Source: Chloroflexota bacterium (lineage in GTDB: Bacteria > Chloroflexota > UBA11872 > VXOZ01). From it: a DNA stretch of 64,000 nt. The notes under the pieces are model-generated. The model made no database searches and was not told where the DNA came from. It saw only the letters and a list, made by a program, of their open reading frames with translations. The position numbers were made by a program, and so were the translations under genes. The stretch covers positions 11,601 to 75,600 of the forward strand of contig JAAXIC010000029.1 in assembly GCA_012270555.1 (NCBI GenBank). The letters run 5' to 3'. Positions 36,779-47,156 of this stretch are shown piece by piece (within the stretch, counting starts at the first letter, position 1; each line of letters starts with the position of its first letter).

Positions 36779-37950
36779 ATGAGACCGCGCAAGGGCTGAG
36801 CGTAACCGGTCAGTTCCGCGTATCCGTAGCCTGCTGCATCTCCGGAAATGCGCACCGCGCCCTCCCAGTAGATCACATTGGCTAAGACCTCTTGGTCCGC
36901 GAGCAGCGGCTCCAATACTAGGCGCAACGAGTCACCATCTAACGCCAGTTCAATCTCCCATCCCGCGGGATACGTAGCGCCGCTGTTTTTGCTTCGCCAA
37001 CTGCCGAAAGGCGTGATTGTGAAGTCTTCTGCTGTCAGGTAGCGGGTCGTGCCGTCCGGAGAAACCAGCAGTCCGCCGAATAACGGCTCCAGGCTGCCGT
37101 CTTGATGCCGGATTTGGCCTACCATAATGTCATGACCGTCGTCGAGATGAATGGCAAACCAATCCCACCCCACGGCACCCGCGCTTAGCGCACTGGTTCC
37201 GAATTCACGGTCCATCCAACTCAAGCCACTGACGGCGAACTCCCCGCCACCTATTTCCACAGTACCCTTCGTTTCCAAGCGCGAGAGCGAATAGTAATAG
37301 CTGGCATTGCCGGCTTCAGGCCCCTTCTGGCTCAGGCCGTTGTCACCGTGGAAGGCAGGCGCTTTGACCGGTGTCAGGGTAAGGTCAATGGCAAAGCCGG
37401 CCGCTTTCGCGCGTATCAGCATTTGCGATATCGTGTCGTCCGCAGCGAAAACCGCCCAATCGTCGATCCAAACGCGGAAGCGCGGTGACACCTCCGCGCC
37501 GGCGAGGTCTACGGCCCCGCGACTGAATCGCTCTTCCTGGTAGAACGTCCCTCCTGCCATGTCGCTCACCGTGAAGTGCGCCAGGTACATCTGATTTGTG
37601 TACCACTCCGACCGGCTGTCACGCTGTTCCGGGGTCAAGGCGCGGCGGAAGATAGTGAACTGGTATCCAAAGCGCCGACCGTCGGCTGTCGTCAGGTTCC
37701 CCGTGAAATACCACCATTCCGTTTGGAAGGCCGGATGAGGACCATGGTCGCGGGGGAATTCCCATTGCCATGGCCCGATCGCACGCGCAAAACCGTCGGT
37801 ATTGGGTTCCACTGCAACGACTATGGTTTCTGCGCCGATGGGTTGCGATGGTCGGCTTGAAACTCGCACTACCCCGTAAACAAGGATTGCGATTACTGCC
37901 GCAATCAGGCCGAACCAGAGCACTTGTTTATTGACATAAATACTATTCAT
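36775..37950 (-). CDS. AttH-like CrtC/lipocalin-domain protein associated with ABC transporter (COG5621-like predicted secreted hydrolase)
   Basis: N-terminal TM, then TEWWYFTGNL…GRRFGYQFTIFR block characteristic of hydroxyneurosporene-synthase (CrtC)-like/AttH proteins. ATG 37950 is 2 nt from permease stop. Confidence 0.7.
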   Translation of the reverse strand: MNSIYVNKQVLWFGLIAAVIAILVYGVVRVSSRPSQPIGAETIVVAVEPNTDGFARAIGPWQWEFPRDHGPHPAFQTEWWYFTGNLTTADGRRFGYQFTIFRRALTPEQRDSRSEWYTNQMYLAHFTVSDMAGGTFYQEERFSRGAVDLAGAEVSPRFRVWIDDWAVFAADDTISQMLIRAKAAGFAIDLTLTPVKAPAFHGDNGLSQKGPEAGNASYYYSLSRLETKGTVEIGGGEFAVSGLSWMDREFGTSALSAGAVGWDWFAIHLDDGHDIMVGQIRHQDGSLEPLFGGLLVSPDGTTRYLTAEDFTITPFGSWRSKNSGATYPAGWEIELALDGDSLRLVLEPLLADQEVLANVIYWEGAVRISGDAAGYGYAELTGYAQPLRGLI

Positions 37951-40510
37951 TGCGGATGGCCTCGGCGGGGGTGAGATGGGCAACACGCCAGGCCGGATAC
38001 GCTCCCGCCAACAGCGCCGCCGTCAGCGCTATGAGCACCGCTTGCAGCAATGAGCCTGGGGACACGAGAAAGGAGAACGTCCAGCCGAACGCGCGGACAT
38101 TGATGACATCGATGAGCATCTTTGCGAGCAGTAAGCCTATCGGCAGCGCGAAGAGACCGGCGGCAAGACCCATGAGACCTGTTTCCAGCAGCGTGAGCCG
38201 CCACAGTTGTCCGCTGGTCAGGCCAAGCGCCCGCATCGTGCCCAGTGTGCGCTTCTGGTCGAGCTGCAAGGCCATGAGGGCGCTCAGAACGCCAATGAAG
38301 GCTACTACGGCGGCAAGACTGCGCAAGGCGGCGGTAATATTGAAGGCGCGGTCGAAGATGGTGAAGACCTGCGTGCGCAACTCGCCGGTGCTCTGCACGT
38401 TCAATCCCTGGTCGGCAACCAGTCGGCGCGCACTCTCCACCACGTGCGCGCTTTGGGTCTCGGGCGTCAGGAATAAGGCAAATGACGACACCCACGGATC
38501 GGCGAAGTGCTCCCGATAGACGGGATCCGCCATGAGCACAATCCCTTGATCCGTACCGTAGTGGTAGTAAACACCCACGATGGGAAAGCTGCGAACACCA
38601 TTGTCGGTGAGGACGTTGAGTGTGTTCACTTCCGGTGAAATACCCCGGCGGTAGGCGAACGACTCCGTCACGATGATCGCGCCAGCCTGCATGGCCTCCC
38701 AAACTTCCTCTTGGGGAACGGCAAGCCAAAGGTAGCGACGAGAGCGTTCCGCCAAGTCGTCACTCACCGCGACAAGATTGACTGGCGGCAATCCGGGATA
38801 GTCCGGCGCCAGCACCGGCACGTCGCGCGCAGTCAGGACCTGTGAAACACCGGGCAGGTTTTGTAGTTGAACTGCCAACTCCGGGTCTAAATTGACCGTT
38901 TCGAGCAATCCACTTGCCGGCGCGGAAATGAACACGTCTGCCGTCAGCGCGCCATCGAGCCACGTGGTTACCGTGCCTCGAAAGCTTGCAATCATCACAC
39001 TCACGCCGACGATCACGCTGACCGACAGCGACAGCGCGGCTACCGCCACCCCGGTGCGGCTTAGTGAGCGGGCAATCGCACGGGGAGCAATGCGGCCCAG
39101 CGTGCCGATAGCGCGCCCGAGAAATGGTTGCACCAAGTGCATCACGAGCAACAACGCAAGCGGCGTCATGAGTACACTCCCCATAAGCACGAGAAAGAGC
39201 GCCCCGAAACCAAGCAAAAGACTCTGCGCTTGGAATTGAGTCAGAACAAGTCCAGCGCCAAGAACGACAATCCCGGTTACCGCCGCCACGTCAGCGCGAG
39301 AACGCGATGCTTGCTCCGCATCGGCACTGCGCAACGTACTGGCAGGCGTAATGCGAGTCGCATTCAGCGCGGGGATCAGGGCCGCCGCGAGGCTGGCGCC
39401 AAGTCCCGTAAACACCCCTTTGGCGATGGTGAGGGAGGTAAGCGTAAGCGCCTGCACCTCGACCCGGTAGTAGAGGTCGCTGATGGTCCTCGTTACCGCG
39501 CCTACGAGGAAGCCGCCAAGCACGTAGCCGACCGCCAGGCCGAGCAGTGTGCCCGCGACGCCGAGGACGAGCGCTTCCAAGAGAATACCGGCAAACACCT
39601 GGCGCCGCGTGGCGCCAATCGCGCGCAACATGCCGATCTGCGTCCGGCGTTGCACCACGCTAAAAGACATGATGTTGTAGACCAGAAACAGGCCGACGAT
39701 CAGCGCGAGTAGGCTGAGGGCTTGCAGATTGAGCGTGAAGCTATCGCTCAGTTGCTCCAGACTGCTTCTATTGCTTTCGACCGGCCGCACAACGACCCCA
39801 GGAGGCAAAGAACCTTGGATATCCGCAAGAACTTGGGCGTCGGTGAGCACGAGGTCAATGCGCGTCAGCACACCCGGACTGCCCACGATCTCTTGGGCCG
39901 TGCTGATGTCCGCGACGACAAGCGAGGCAAGGGCCTGTGCGCTCAGTTCATTCGCAGGATGGATGATCCCCACAAGCGTGACGTTTCGCCTCCCCCGCGC
40001 CGTGCGGAGCGCGAGTTGATCCCCGGGCTCGACGCCAAGCCGGGCGGCGACGGACTGCGCTACCAAGACGGTGTCCGGCTCGGCCATGAGGCGAAGTAGC
40101 GCCTGACCCTCCACGCCCGGAACGGTCGCAGTGGAAGCGCCGGCCAAGTACTGACGCACCTGTGCCTCGGCAAAAGGATCGATGCCCAGCAGCGTTAATG
40201 GGATTTCAGCGGCGCCAACACGAACCGTGTCCTGGATTACTGGGGCACCGGTGCGAATACCAAGGTCGGCGCGCAGCGAGCGATAGAGCGAGGAGGGAAC
40301 GCCGCTCGGGCCGCCCACGATTTCGTGGGTTGCATCGCCTTGGAGGCTTGCCAGACTGAGCGAGAACGCCCGGCGCGCCGATTCTGCGGCCACGTCAACG
40401 CCCACTATCAGCGCGACGCCGGCGAGAATGCTGATAACGAAGAGTACACTCTGCAAGACGCGCCGCTGCAGCGCGCGGTAGACGAGGCGGCTGACGACGG
40501 CGCCGGTCAT
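37943..40510 (-). CDS. ABC transporter permease, MacB/FtsX-like with two FtsX domains
   Basis: 855 aa; two 4-TM FtsX modules each preceded by large extracytoplasmic domain; immediately downstream of ATPase gene. Confidence 0.8.
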   Translation of the reverse strand: MTGAVVSRLVYRALQRRVLQSVLFVISILAGVALIVGVDVAAESARRAFSLSLASLQGDATHEIVGGPSGVPSSLYRSLRADLGIRTGAPVIQDTVRVGAAEIPLTLLGIDPFAEAQVRQYLAGASTATVPGVEGQALLRLMAEPDTVLVAQSVAARLGVEPGDQLALRTARGRRNVTLVGIIHPANELSAQALASLVVADISTAQEIVGSPGVLTRIDLVLTDAQVLADIQGSLPPGVVVRPVESNRSSLEQLSDSFTLNLQALSLLALIVGLFLVYNIMSFSVVQRRTQIGMLRAIGATRRQVFAGILLEALVLGVAGTLLGLAVGYVLGGFLVGAVTRTISDLYYRVEVQALTLTSLTIAKGVFTGLGASLAAALIPALNATRITPASTLRSADAEQASRSRADVAAVTGIVVLGAGLVLTQFQAQSLLLGFGALFLVLMGSVLMTPLALLLVMHLVQPFLGRAIGTLGRIAPRAIARSLSRTGVAVAALSLSVSVIVGVSVMIASFRGTVTTWLDGALTADVFISAPASGLLETVNLDPELAVQLQNLPGVSQVLTARDVPVLAPDYPGLPPVNLVAVSDDLAERSRRYLWLAVPQEEVWEAMQAGAIIVTESFAYRRGISPEVNTLNVLTDNGVRSFPIVGVYYHYGTDQGIVLMADPVYREHFADPWVSSFALFLTPETQSAHVVESARRLVADQGLNVQSTGELRTQVFTIFDRAFNITAALRSLAAVVAFIGVLSALMALQLDQKRTLGTMRALGLTSGQLWRLTLLETGLMGLAAGLFALPIGLLLAKMLIDVINVRAFGWTFSFLVSPGSLLQAVLIALTAALLAGAYPAWRVAHLTPAEAIRNE

Positions 40511-40513
40511 GGA

Positions 40514-41221
40514 TCAGACTACGGCAGCGGCCGGTTGCATGGACAGCGCGCCATCGTGGAGCCGACAGACGCGGGACGCCTGACGCGCGATCTCGTGGTC
40601 GTGGGTAGCCATCAAGAGTGTGCGTCCGGCCTCACGCGTGAGTTGGAGCAGAATTGAGAGCACGCGGGCGCTGTTCTGGGCGTCGAGATTGCCGGTGGGT
40701 TCGTCGGCAAGGACGATGAGGGGCTCATGCGCGAGCGCGCGGACGATGGCAACCCGTTGTTGCTCACCGCCGCTGAGCTTCTCCGGAAACGTGTTCGTGC
40801 GATCGCCGAGACCCACGCGCTCAAGCAATGAGGCCGCGTAGTCTCTGCGGTTGGCGTCCACGCTTCCTTCAAGCTCCGCAGGCAAGAGTATGTTTTCCCA
40901 TACCGTGAGCGTGGGAATCAGATTGAACAACTGAAATACCATACCGACGTGGCGGCGGCGAAAATGCGTGCGCGCCGTGTCGCTGAGACTTGTCAATGTG
41001 GTGCCATCGATGACGATTGAGCCGCTATCGGGGGTATCAATGCCACCGATCAGATGGAGCAGCGTCGTCTTGCCGCTGCCGCTGCTGCCCAAGATGGCAA
41101 CGAATTCGCCCCGGCCGACCTCCAGGCTAGCGTCGGTTAGTACCTCACGCTGCTCGCCTAGATCGCGAAAGGACTTGCTTATACCGGAGATTGAAACTAT
41201 GGTGTTGTGCTTGTTGTTCAT
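40514..41221 (-). CDS. ABC transporter ATP-binding protein (LolD/MacB-type)
   Basis: Walker [10 protein letters not shown], signature LSGGEQQR, Walker B LVLADEPT, H-loop. ATG 41221 ([18 protein letters not shown]) preferred over ORF-track 41320. Confidence 0.85.
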   Translation of the reverse strand: MNNKHNTIVSISGISKSFRDLGEQREVLTDASLEVGRGEFVAILGSSGSGKTTLLHLIGGIDTPDSGSIVIDGTTLTSLSDTARTHFRRRHVGMVFQLFNLIPTLTVWENILLPAELEGSVDANRRDYAASLLERVGLGDRTNTFPEKLSGGEQQRVAIVRALAHEPLIVLADEPTGNLDAQNSARVLSILLQLTREAGRTLLMATHDHEIARQASRVCRLHDGALSMQPAAAVV

Positions 41222-41288
41222 TTCTTGTGGGTGGAACGTCAGGAATGGAATTCGGGGTTCCACCACGAAGCACTCTGCAGCCAAGGAC

Positions 41289-41933
41289 TCATTGCGGCGT
41301 CCCGCTGGCTGTCGTGCCATGCTTCAGATGCATCTCGGCGAGTCGTTTGAATGCAGTAGGTACAGGGCCGCCCTCAAGGTATTGTCGAACCTTGTCGGCG
41401 CACTCCTGAGAAGTAAGCTGCGCAGTATTGACCTCAATGTCATAGATACCGGGCAGATGAACTTCACGCTGCCAGCGCCGAATGTGTTCGTCTAGTCCAT
41501 GACCGGGGCTCCAAGTCTTTTGTCGCCGCTCGACGATTACGTCTACAGGACAACGAACTCCTACGAAAAGGACAGGTAGGTCGCTCAAGCGCCGTGCGCT
41601 GTCAAAGAGGATGCCCTGCGGCACTGAGTAAGCATCATGATGACCGACGTCCACGACGACGTTTATGCTCATCCGGCTATGGGCGGCAATCGATTCGTAC
41701 ATAGCCGCGTACAGCACTGGAACGAGAGGTTCAATCGTATCGGATAACTCTCCACCCGGGCGCAGACCGATCCCTGGGCTGAATCGCTCTGATGTCAACT
41801 GCTTGAAGCCATCTACGCCGAGGTTGATCCATACGCCAGCGAACGTGTCCAAAATCACCTTGGCAATGCTCGACTTACCAGACCGCGGCACACCGTTCAG
41901 GATGATGATTTGCCCCGGCCCGGAAGCTATCAC
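41289..41933 (-). CDS. chloramphenicol phosphotransferase-like (CPT family) P-loop kinase
   Basis: GQIIILNGVPRSGKSS P-loop and LFVGVRCPVDVIVERR block align with Streptomyces CPT (IILNGGSSAGKS…LWVGVRCDGAVAEGRE). Confidence 0.7.
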   Translation of the reverse strand: MIASGPGQIIILNGVPRSGKSSIAKVILDTFAGVWINLGVDGFKQLTSERFSPGIGLRPGGELSDTIEPLVPVLYAAMYESIAAHSRMSINVVVDVGHHDAYSVPQGILFDSARRLSDLPVLFVGVRCPVDVIVERRQKTWSPGHGLDEHIRRWQREVHLPGIYDIEVNTAQLTSQECADKVRQYLEGGPVPTAFKRLAEMHLKHGTTASGTPQ

Positions 41934-42045
41934 CGTGCACTCCTTTTGGCGTAGAAGATGGGCTTTGCCTCAACGCGAAAGAGACAATCAGCCTTGCAGA
42001 CCGGGAGTTGGCGGCCTACTTCTAGGAAACCCAGAATGTACGTCG

Positions 42046-42120
42046 TGGTACCCCCAGGGCGACTCGAACGCCCGCTCCTGGCTCCGGAGGCCAGTGCTCT
42101 ATCCACTGAGCTATGGGGGC
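42046..42120 (-). tRNA. tRNA-Arg (anticodon CCG)
   Basis: Minus-strand sequence GCCCCCATAGCTCAGTGGATAGAGCACTGGCCTCCGGAGCCAGGAGCGGGCGTTCGAGTCGCCCTGGGGGTACCA folds as cloverleaf: D-arm AGCTCAGTGGATAGAGC, anticodon stem CTGGC/GCCAG with loop CTCCGGA (anticodon CCG), T-arm GGGCGTTCGAGTCGCCC, encoded CCA. Coordinates +/-1. Confidence 0.85.
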
Positions 42121-42210
42121 CTGTTCTTCTTTATGATACCAGACCGCTGCGGCGCACCACAGACCGCGAGAGATGGGGTCACTAGCTCGAATGAGGAAGG
42201 GAACAGTAGT

Positions 42211-43686
42211 CTAGGGGGAGGTCGCCAGCTTGCCGACTTCTTCAAAGGCGGCTTGCGCCCACTCAACGGCCCCGGCGGGATAAATGCCGAGCACGAGCGT
42301 GCCGATCATGCCAATGGCGACTACAGCGCCAATGGCCGTGGAAGCGGGTACAGGCAGCAGGCGGGGCTGAATATCTACCATGTACATATTCACGACCACG
42401 CGCAGATAGTAATAGGCCGAGACTGTACTCGTAAGCACCAGGACCACCGCCACCCACGTCAGACCGGCGTTGACGGCCACTTGGAGCAGATAGAGTTTCC
42501 CGAAAAATCCCGCGGCTGGCGGAATGCCGGTGAGCGAGATCATGAAGACCGCCATCGCCACGGCCATGAGCGGCGAACTGCGACCCAGGTTCTGGAAGTT
42601 TTCCAAGTCCGTGCCGTCGGTCCGGCGCTCGACCGCGAACGTCACGGCGAAAGCGCCCAGCGTCATCAAGGCATACACCACGGCGTAAAACATGACGGCA
42701 GCGACCGCGTCCCGCATGAGGCCGCCCGCTTCCGAGTGAGCGTGTACTATCGCGATGCCGACCAGCATGTAGCCGGTATGGGCGATGGAGGAGTACGCCA
42801 GCAGGCGCTTCACGTCCCGCTGCCAGATGGCAACAAAGTTGCCGACGATCATGCTGGCTACCGCAATGGCGATCACGATAGGCAATACCATGTCTTGCCA
42901 CGGTTCAAGTCCGTGCACTACCACCCGCAGAAGGCCCGCCATGGCGCCCATCTTGGCCCCGGCTGCCAGAAAGGCCGTAGAAGGAGTGGGCGCGCCCTGA
43001 TAGGCGTCAGGCGTCCACATGTGGAAGGGCACTGCCGCCACTTTGAATGCCAGGCCGACGAGGAGAAGGCCGAGGCCCAGTAAGAACCAGGGATTGTCCG
43101 CGCCTTGGCTCTGCACGTACAACGCTATATTCGCGAGATTCGTCGTGCCGGTAAGCCCAAAGAGCCAGGCAATGCCGTAAAGCAGAACACCGGAGGCAAA
43201 CGCGCCCAGCAGGAAGTACTTGAGGGCACCTTCCGTGGCACGAAAGCGGTCGCGCTTGATGGCCACGAGCACATAAACGGGAATTGAGGTCAACTCCACG
43301 CCAAGATAGAGCGTAATCAGATCGCCCGTAGCGCCCAGCAAAAGCATTCCGACGGTTGCAAAGAGTATAAGCGCCGACAACTCGGCGAAGGGGACATCTT
43401 GCGACTGGGCAAACGCAAGCACGATGCTGAGCGCGGCAATGGCGATGAAGAGCACTTTGAAAAAGACCGCATAGCCGTCGGTCAGCACCATGCCGCTGAA
43501 AGCGGTACCGCTGTCTGCGCGCAAAACCACGCTGACGAGAATTGCGACCACACTGCCAACTACGATCAGGCCCATCAGCCCGCGATGGGTGCGCCTGCCG
43601 CCGAAAGCATCCACCATGAGAACCGCGGCAGCGATCAAGGTGAGGATGATTTCCGGCAGTATGCTTGTGAGATCTTCTATTTGCAC
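42211..43686 (-). CDS. nuoN: NADH-quinone oxidoreductase subunit N
   Basis: 14-TM antiporter-like subunit; position at 3' end of nuo operon. Confidence 0.85.
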   Translation of the reverse strand: MQIEDLTSILPEIILTLIAAAVLMVDAFGGRRTHRGLMGLIVVGSVVAILVSVVLRADSGTAFSGMVLTDGYAVFFKVLFIAIAALSIVLAFAQSQDVPFAELSALILFATVGMLLLGATGDLITLYLGVELTSIPVYVLVAIKRDRFRATEGALKYFLLGAFASGVLLYGIAWLFGLTGTTNLANIALYVQSQGADNPWFLLGLGLLLVGLAFKVAAVPFHMWTPDAYQGAPTPSTAFLAAGAKMGAMAGLLRVVVHGLEPWQDMVLPIVIAIAVASMIVGNFVAIWQRDVKRLLAYSSIAHTGYMLVGIAIVHAHSEAGGLMRDAVAAVMFYAVVYALMTLGAFAVTFAVERRTDGTDLENFQNLGRSSPLMAVAMAVFMISLTGIPPAAGFFGKLYLLQVAVNAGLTWVAVVLVLTSTVSAYYYLRVVVNMYMVDIQPRLLPVPASTAIGAVVAIGMIGTLVLGIYPAGAVEWAQAAFEEVGKLATSP

Positions 43687-43720
43687 GGACTATTCCTTAC
43701 ACATGCCCCAACACTGAAAG

Positions 43721-45223
43721 CTAACGAATCACAGCGCTCGACACCCCGGATTCCGCTAATGCCTGCATGATTCCGCTCGTGTCGGCGGTAAAGAGTTCAA
43801 CGAATATCTGTGGCTGCACCCCGGCCCATACCACCACCGCTGCCAAAGCCACGAGCACCGCGGCCTCCAGCCTGGTGATGTCCTCAAGGCGGCTGTGGGC
43901 CTCTTTTAGGGTGCCAAGCATGACCCGCCAGTACATCCATAGCATGTACGCCGCGGAAAGTATGATGCCGAGAACGGCGAGGACGCCAAAGATGCGCGTA
44001 CCCGTCATGAAGGCGCCGAGCAGTACCATGAACTCGCCGACAAATCCCGATAGCCCCGGCAGCCCAATGGAGGCGAGCGAGAAGAAGAGCAAGAGCGTGG
44101 CATAGACCGGCCAGCGGTGGGCCAGACCGCCCAGGTTTGCTATCAATCGGTCATGGGTGCGCTCATAGAGCTGTCCCACGCAGAGGAAGAGAGCGCCGGT
44201 AACCAGACCGTGGCTGAACATCTGCATGATAGCGCCGTCGAGACCCTGTTGCGTGAAGGAGAAGATGCCCAACGTCACGAAACCCATATGGCTGACTGAT
44301 GAATAGGCAATGAGCTTCTTGAGGTCCGTCTGCATAAGGGCGACCAACGCGCCATAGAGAATGGCGACGACCGACAAGACCAGGATCGCCGTCTGCGCCA
44401 ATTCGCTGGCATCGGGAAAGAGCGGCAGACTGAAGCGAATGAAACCGTAGCCGCCCATCTTGAGCAGGATGCCGGCCAGGATCACGCTGCCGGTTGTCGG
44501 CGCTTCTACGTGGGCGTCCGGCAGCCACGTGTGGAAGGGAATCATAGGCACCTTGATTGCAAAGGCGAGGAAGAATGCCAGGAAGGCCCAAAGCTGGAAG
44601 CGCTCGCCGTAGGTACCCTGGGTGAGTTCGAGTATGTCGAACGTGTACACGCCCGTCGTATTGCCGTGCACGAAGTAGAGCGCCAGAATGGCGACGAGCA
44701 TGAGCAGACTACCGAAGAGCGTGTAAAGGACGAACTTGACCGTTGCGTACACACGGCGCTCGCCACCCCAGACCCCGATCAGAACGTACATGGGGATGAG
44801 CATGACTTCCCAGAATACGTAGAACAGGACGAAGTCCAAAGCGAGGAACACACCGGTTATGCCCACCTCCAAAATGAGCATGGTGAAGAGGTACTCTTTC
44901 ACGCGCTCGTGCACCGATGCCCAGGCATAGACAATGCACAGGAAGAAGAGGAACGTATTCAGGAGCACCATCAGCAGGCTAATGCCGTCGACGCCGAGCG
45001 CATACTGGATGCCTAAGGCCGGCAGCCAGTCGAACGTCTCTCGAAACTGCATGCCGGCGCCGGATTCGAAGCTCACCCACACAACCACACTCAACACGAG
45101 CGAGAGCAGAGTCCCCGCAAGCGACACGGCAAACATCGCGCGGCGCTCAGGCAGGAAGAGCACGATGACGGCCGCGACGAGCGGCAACCAGAGAATGAGT
45201 GAAAGAATGGGGATTGAATCCAC
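43721..45223 (-). CDS. nuoM: NADH-quinone oxidoreductase subunit M
   Basis: Antiporter-like subunit. ORF-track start 45355 (TTG) would overlap nuoL by 120 nt; GTG at about 45223 preceded by GAGGT at -7 gives MDSIPILSLILWLP… typical NuoM N-terminus. Confidence 0.8.
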   Translation of the reverse strand: MDSIPILSLILWLPLVAAVIVLFLPERRAMFAVSLAGTLLSLVLSVVVWVSFESGAGMQFRETFDWLPALGIQYALGVDGISLLMVLLNTFLFFLCIVYAWASVHERVKEYLFTMLILEVGITGVFLALDFVLFYVFWEVMLIPMYVLIGVWGGERRVYATVKFVLYTLFGSLLMLVAILALYFVHGNTTGVYTFDILELTQGTYGERFQLWAFLAFFLAFAIKVPMIPFHTWLPDAHVEAPTTGSVILAGILLKMGGYGFIRFSLPLFPDASELAQTAILVLSVVAILYGALVALMQTDLKKLIAYSSVSHMGFVTLGIFSFTQQGLDGAIMQMFSHGLVTGALFLCVGQLYERTHDRLIANLGGLAHRWPVYATLLLFFSLASIGLPGLSGFVGEFMVLLGAFMTGTRIFGVLAVLGIILSAAYMLWMYWRVMLGTLKEAHSRLEDITRLEAAVLVALAAVVVWAGVQPQIFVELFTADTSGIMQALAESGVSSAVIR

Positions 45224-45233
45224 CAATGCTACC

Positions 45234-47141
45234 TCAACGCACCATGATGATATAGAAGGCGAGCACGAGCGCCGTACCCAAGACAACGCTAAAGGCATAG
45301 TTTTCCAAGCGGCCGGTCTGCATACGCCGGAGACCGCCGCCAACCTCGCTGACAACTAAGCCAATGAGGTTCACTATGCCGTCCACGATATTCAGGTCGA
45401 ACCAGGCAAAGAGCCACCCCACGCCACGGGTGCCCCCTGCCAGGACGGTGTCGTAGAAGTCATCGAGGAAATACTTGTTGACCAGTAACGTATGGAGCGG
45501 CCCCGCCCTGCCGGCGACAGTCTCGGGAGCCGGCGACTTGCGCATGAATACACTGTAGGCAATGAGAATACCGACGAGGGCAATCAGAGTCGAGACAGCC
45601 ATGACGCCGAGCACAAACGCCGTAGACGGCTTATGGACGAGACCGGCTAATTCCGCCGCCAGGAACGTATCATGCAGGTAATCGTGGATGAGCCCGTGCT
45701 CGGGCGGAACGCCCACGAACCCCGCTATCGCCGCTCCCACCGCCAAGACGATGAGCGGTATGGTCATCACACGCGGCGACTCGTGCACATGCGAGAACCG
45801 CTCGGTTTCCATGCGGGTCTTGCCAAAGAAGGTAAGGATTATCATGCGGAACGTATAAATGGCCGTTAGGAACGAGGCCAACGCGCCCAAGGCGTAGAGC
45901 AGGTAGCCCATCCCGCCGGCAAGCAGCGTGGCTCCAAGCAGTTCGTCCTTACTCCAGAATCCCGCCAGTGGGATGATGCCGGAGAGCGCCAAACCGCCGA
46001 TGATGTACGTTGAACCGGTAACCGGCATCTTGCCGAAGAGGCCGCCCATGCGCTGCATGTCCTGCTCTTCGTTGGTGCCGTGAATGACGGAGCCGGAACC
46101 CAGGAAGAGCAATCCTTTGAAAAACGCGTGGGTCGCCAAGTGGAAAATCGCCGCGGTAAAGGCACCCACGCCGAGAGCCATAAACATCAGCCCGAGTTGA
46201 CTAACGGTGGAGTACGCGAGGACACGCTTGATGTCGTTCTGTGCCAGGCCGATGGTCGCCGCAAAGAGGGCCGTAAACGCGCCGACAATTGCCACAACCG
46301 CCATGGCGTTTGCTGACAGCACATAGAGCGGATTAAACCGCGCCACCATGTAGACACCCGCCGTGACCATCGTGGCTGCGTGGATCAAAGCGCTTACCGG
46401 CGTTGGGCCTTCCATCGCGTCAGGCAACCACACGTGCAACGGAAACTGCGCCGACTTGCCCATGGCGCCCACAAAGAGCAGAAGACAGATGATCGTGAGC
46501 ATGCCCGGTGTCACGGCTGCAACGGCCGGGGCTTGCACGAAGATTTCGTCGTAGTCCAGTGTCCCGAAGACATACCACGCCAGAAGGAGTCCGATTAAGA
46601 AGCCAACATCCCCGATGCGGTTCGTCAAGAAGGCCTTGACGGCGGCCGCAGACGCCGACTGACGGTCGAACCAGAACCCAATCAAGAGATAGGAGCACAG
46701 GCCGACGGCTTCCCAGAAGACGAATAAGACCAGCAGGTTGTTCGCCATCACGAGCATGATCATCGCGAAGACAAACAGAGGCAAATAGGTGAAGAAACGC
46801 CAGAATCCGGGATCGTGGTCCATGTAGCCAATCGAATAGACGTGGACCATGAAAGAAACGCTTGTGACCACGAGCAGCATAACGAGCGTGAGAGCATCCA
46901 CGCGCAGCGCGATGTCCAAGGCGAAATCGCCAGAAACCGCCCACGTCCAAAGCGTGACTGACTGCGGTTCCGCGTGATCCAACTGTGTAATGAACAAGGC
47001 CACGCTGACGACAAGCGCGCCCAGCACGCCAGCGTTAGCGACGAGGCCGGTATGCTTCTTGAGATATTTGCGACCAAAGACGCCGTTAATCGCGAAAGCG
47101 ACGAATGGCAGGAGTGGTATCAGCCAGGCAACGTCGGCCAT
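45234..47141 (-). CDS. nuoL: NADH-quinone oxidoreductase subunit L
   Basis: 635 aa antiporter-like subunit with long C-terminal horizontal helix region. Confidence 0.85.
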   Translation of the reverse strand: MADVAWLIPLLPFVAFAINGVFGRKYLKKHTGLVANAGVLGALVVSVALFITQLDHAEPQSVTLWTWAVSGDFALDIALRVDALTLVMLLVVTSVSFMVHVYSIGYMDHDPGFWRFFTYLPLFVFAMIMLVMANNLLVLFVFWEAVGLCSYLLIGFWFDRQSASAAAVKAFLTNRIGDVGFLIGLLLAWYVFGTLDYDEIFVQAPAVAAVTPGMLTIICLLLFVGAMGKSAQFPLHVWLPDAMEGPTPVSALIHAATMVTAGVYMVARFNPLYVLSANAMAVVAIVGAFTALFAATIGLAQNDIKRVLAYSTVSQLGLMFMALGVGAFTAAIFHLATHAFFKGLLFLGSGSVIHGTNEEQDMQRMGGLFGKMPVTGSTYIIGGLALSGIIPLAGFWSKDELLGATLLAGGMGYLLYALGALASFLTAIYTFRMIILTFFGKTRMETERFSHVHESPRVMTIPLIVLAVGAAIAGFVGVPPEHGLIHDYLHDTFLAAELAGLVHKPSTAFVLGVMAVSTLIALVGILIAYSVFMRKSPAPETVAGRAGPLHTLLVNKYFLDDFYDTVLAGGTRGVGWLFAWFDLNIVDGIVNLIGLVVSEVGGGLRRMQTGRLENYAFSVVLGTALVLAFYIIMVR

Positions 47142-47156
47142 TATCTCTCTGCGCCC

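Noticed and set aside
41665-43083. 472-aa plus-strand ORF spanning the tRNA-Arg and antisense to nuoN
   Set aside because: Runs antisense to a strongly supported nuoN and straight through a tRNA gene; composition is Arg/Gly/His-rich, typical of a GC-rich antisense frame.
45296-45306. Apparent frameshift or homopolymer discrepancy (T-run) at the nuoL/nuoM junction and similar 1-nt offsets near 41700
   Set aside because: My base-by-base reading of the printed sequence disagreed by 1 nt with the ORF track in this interval while conserved protein frames are clearly intact; this is most likely my transcription error on homopolymer runs rather than a real frameshift, so no pseudogene call was made.
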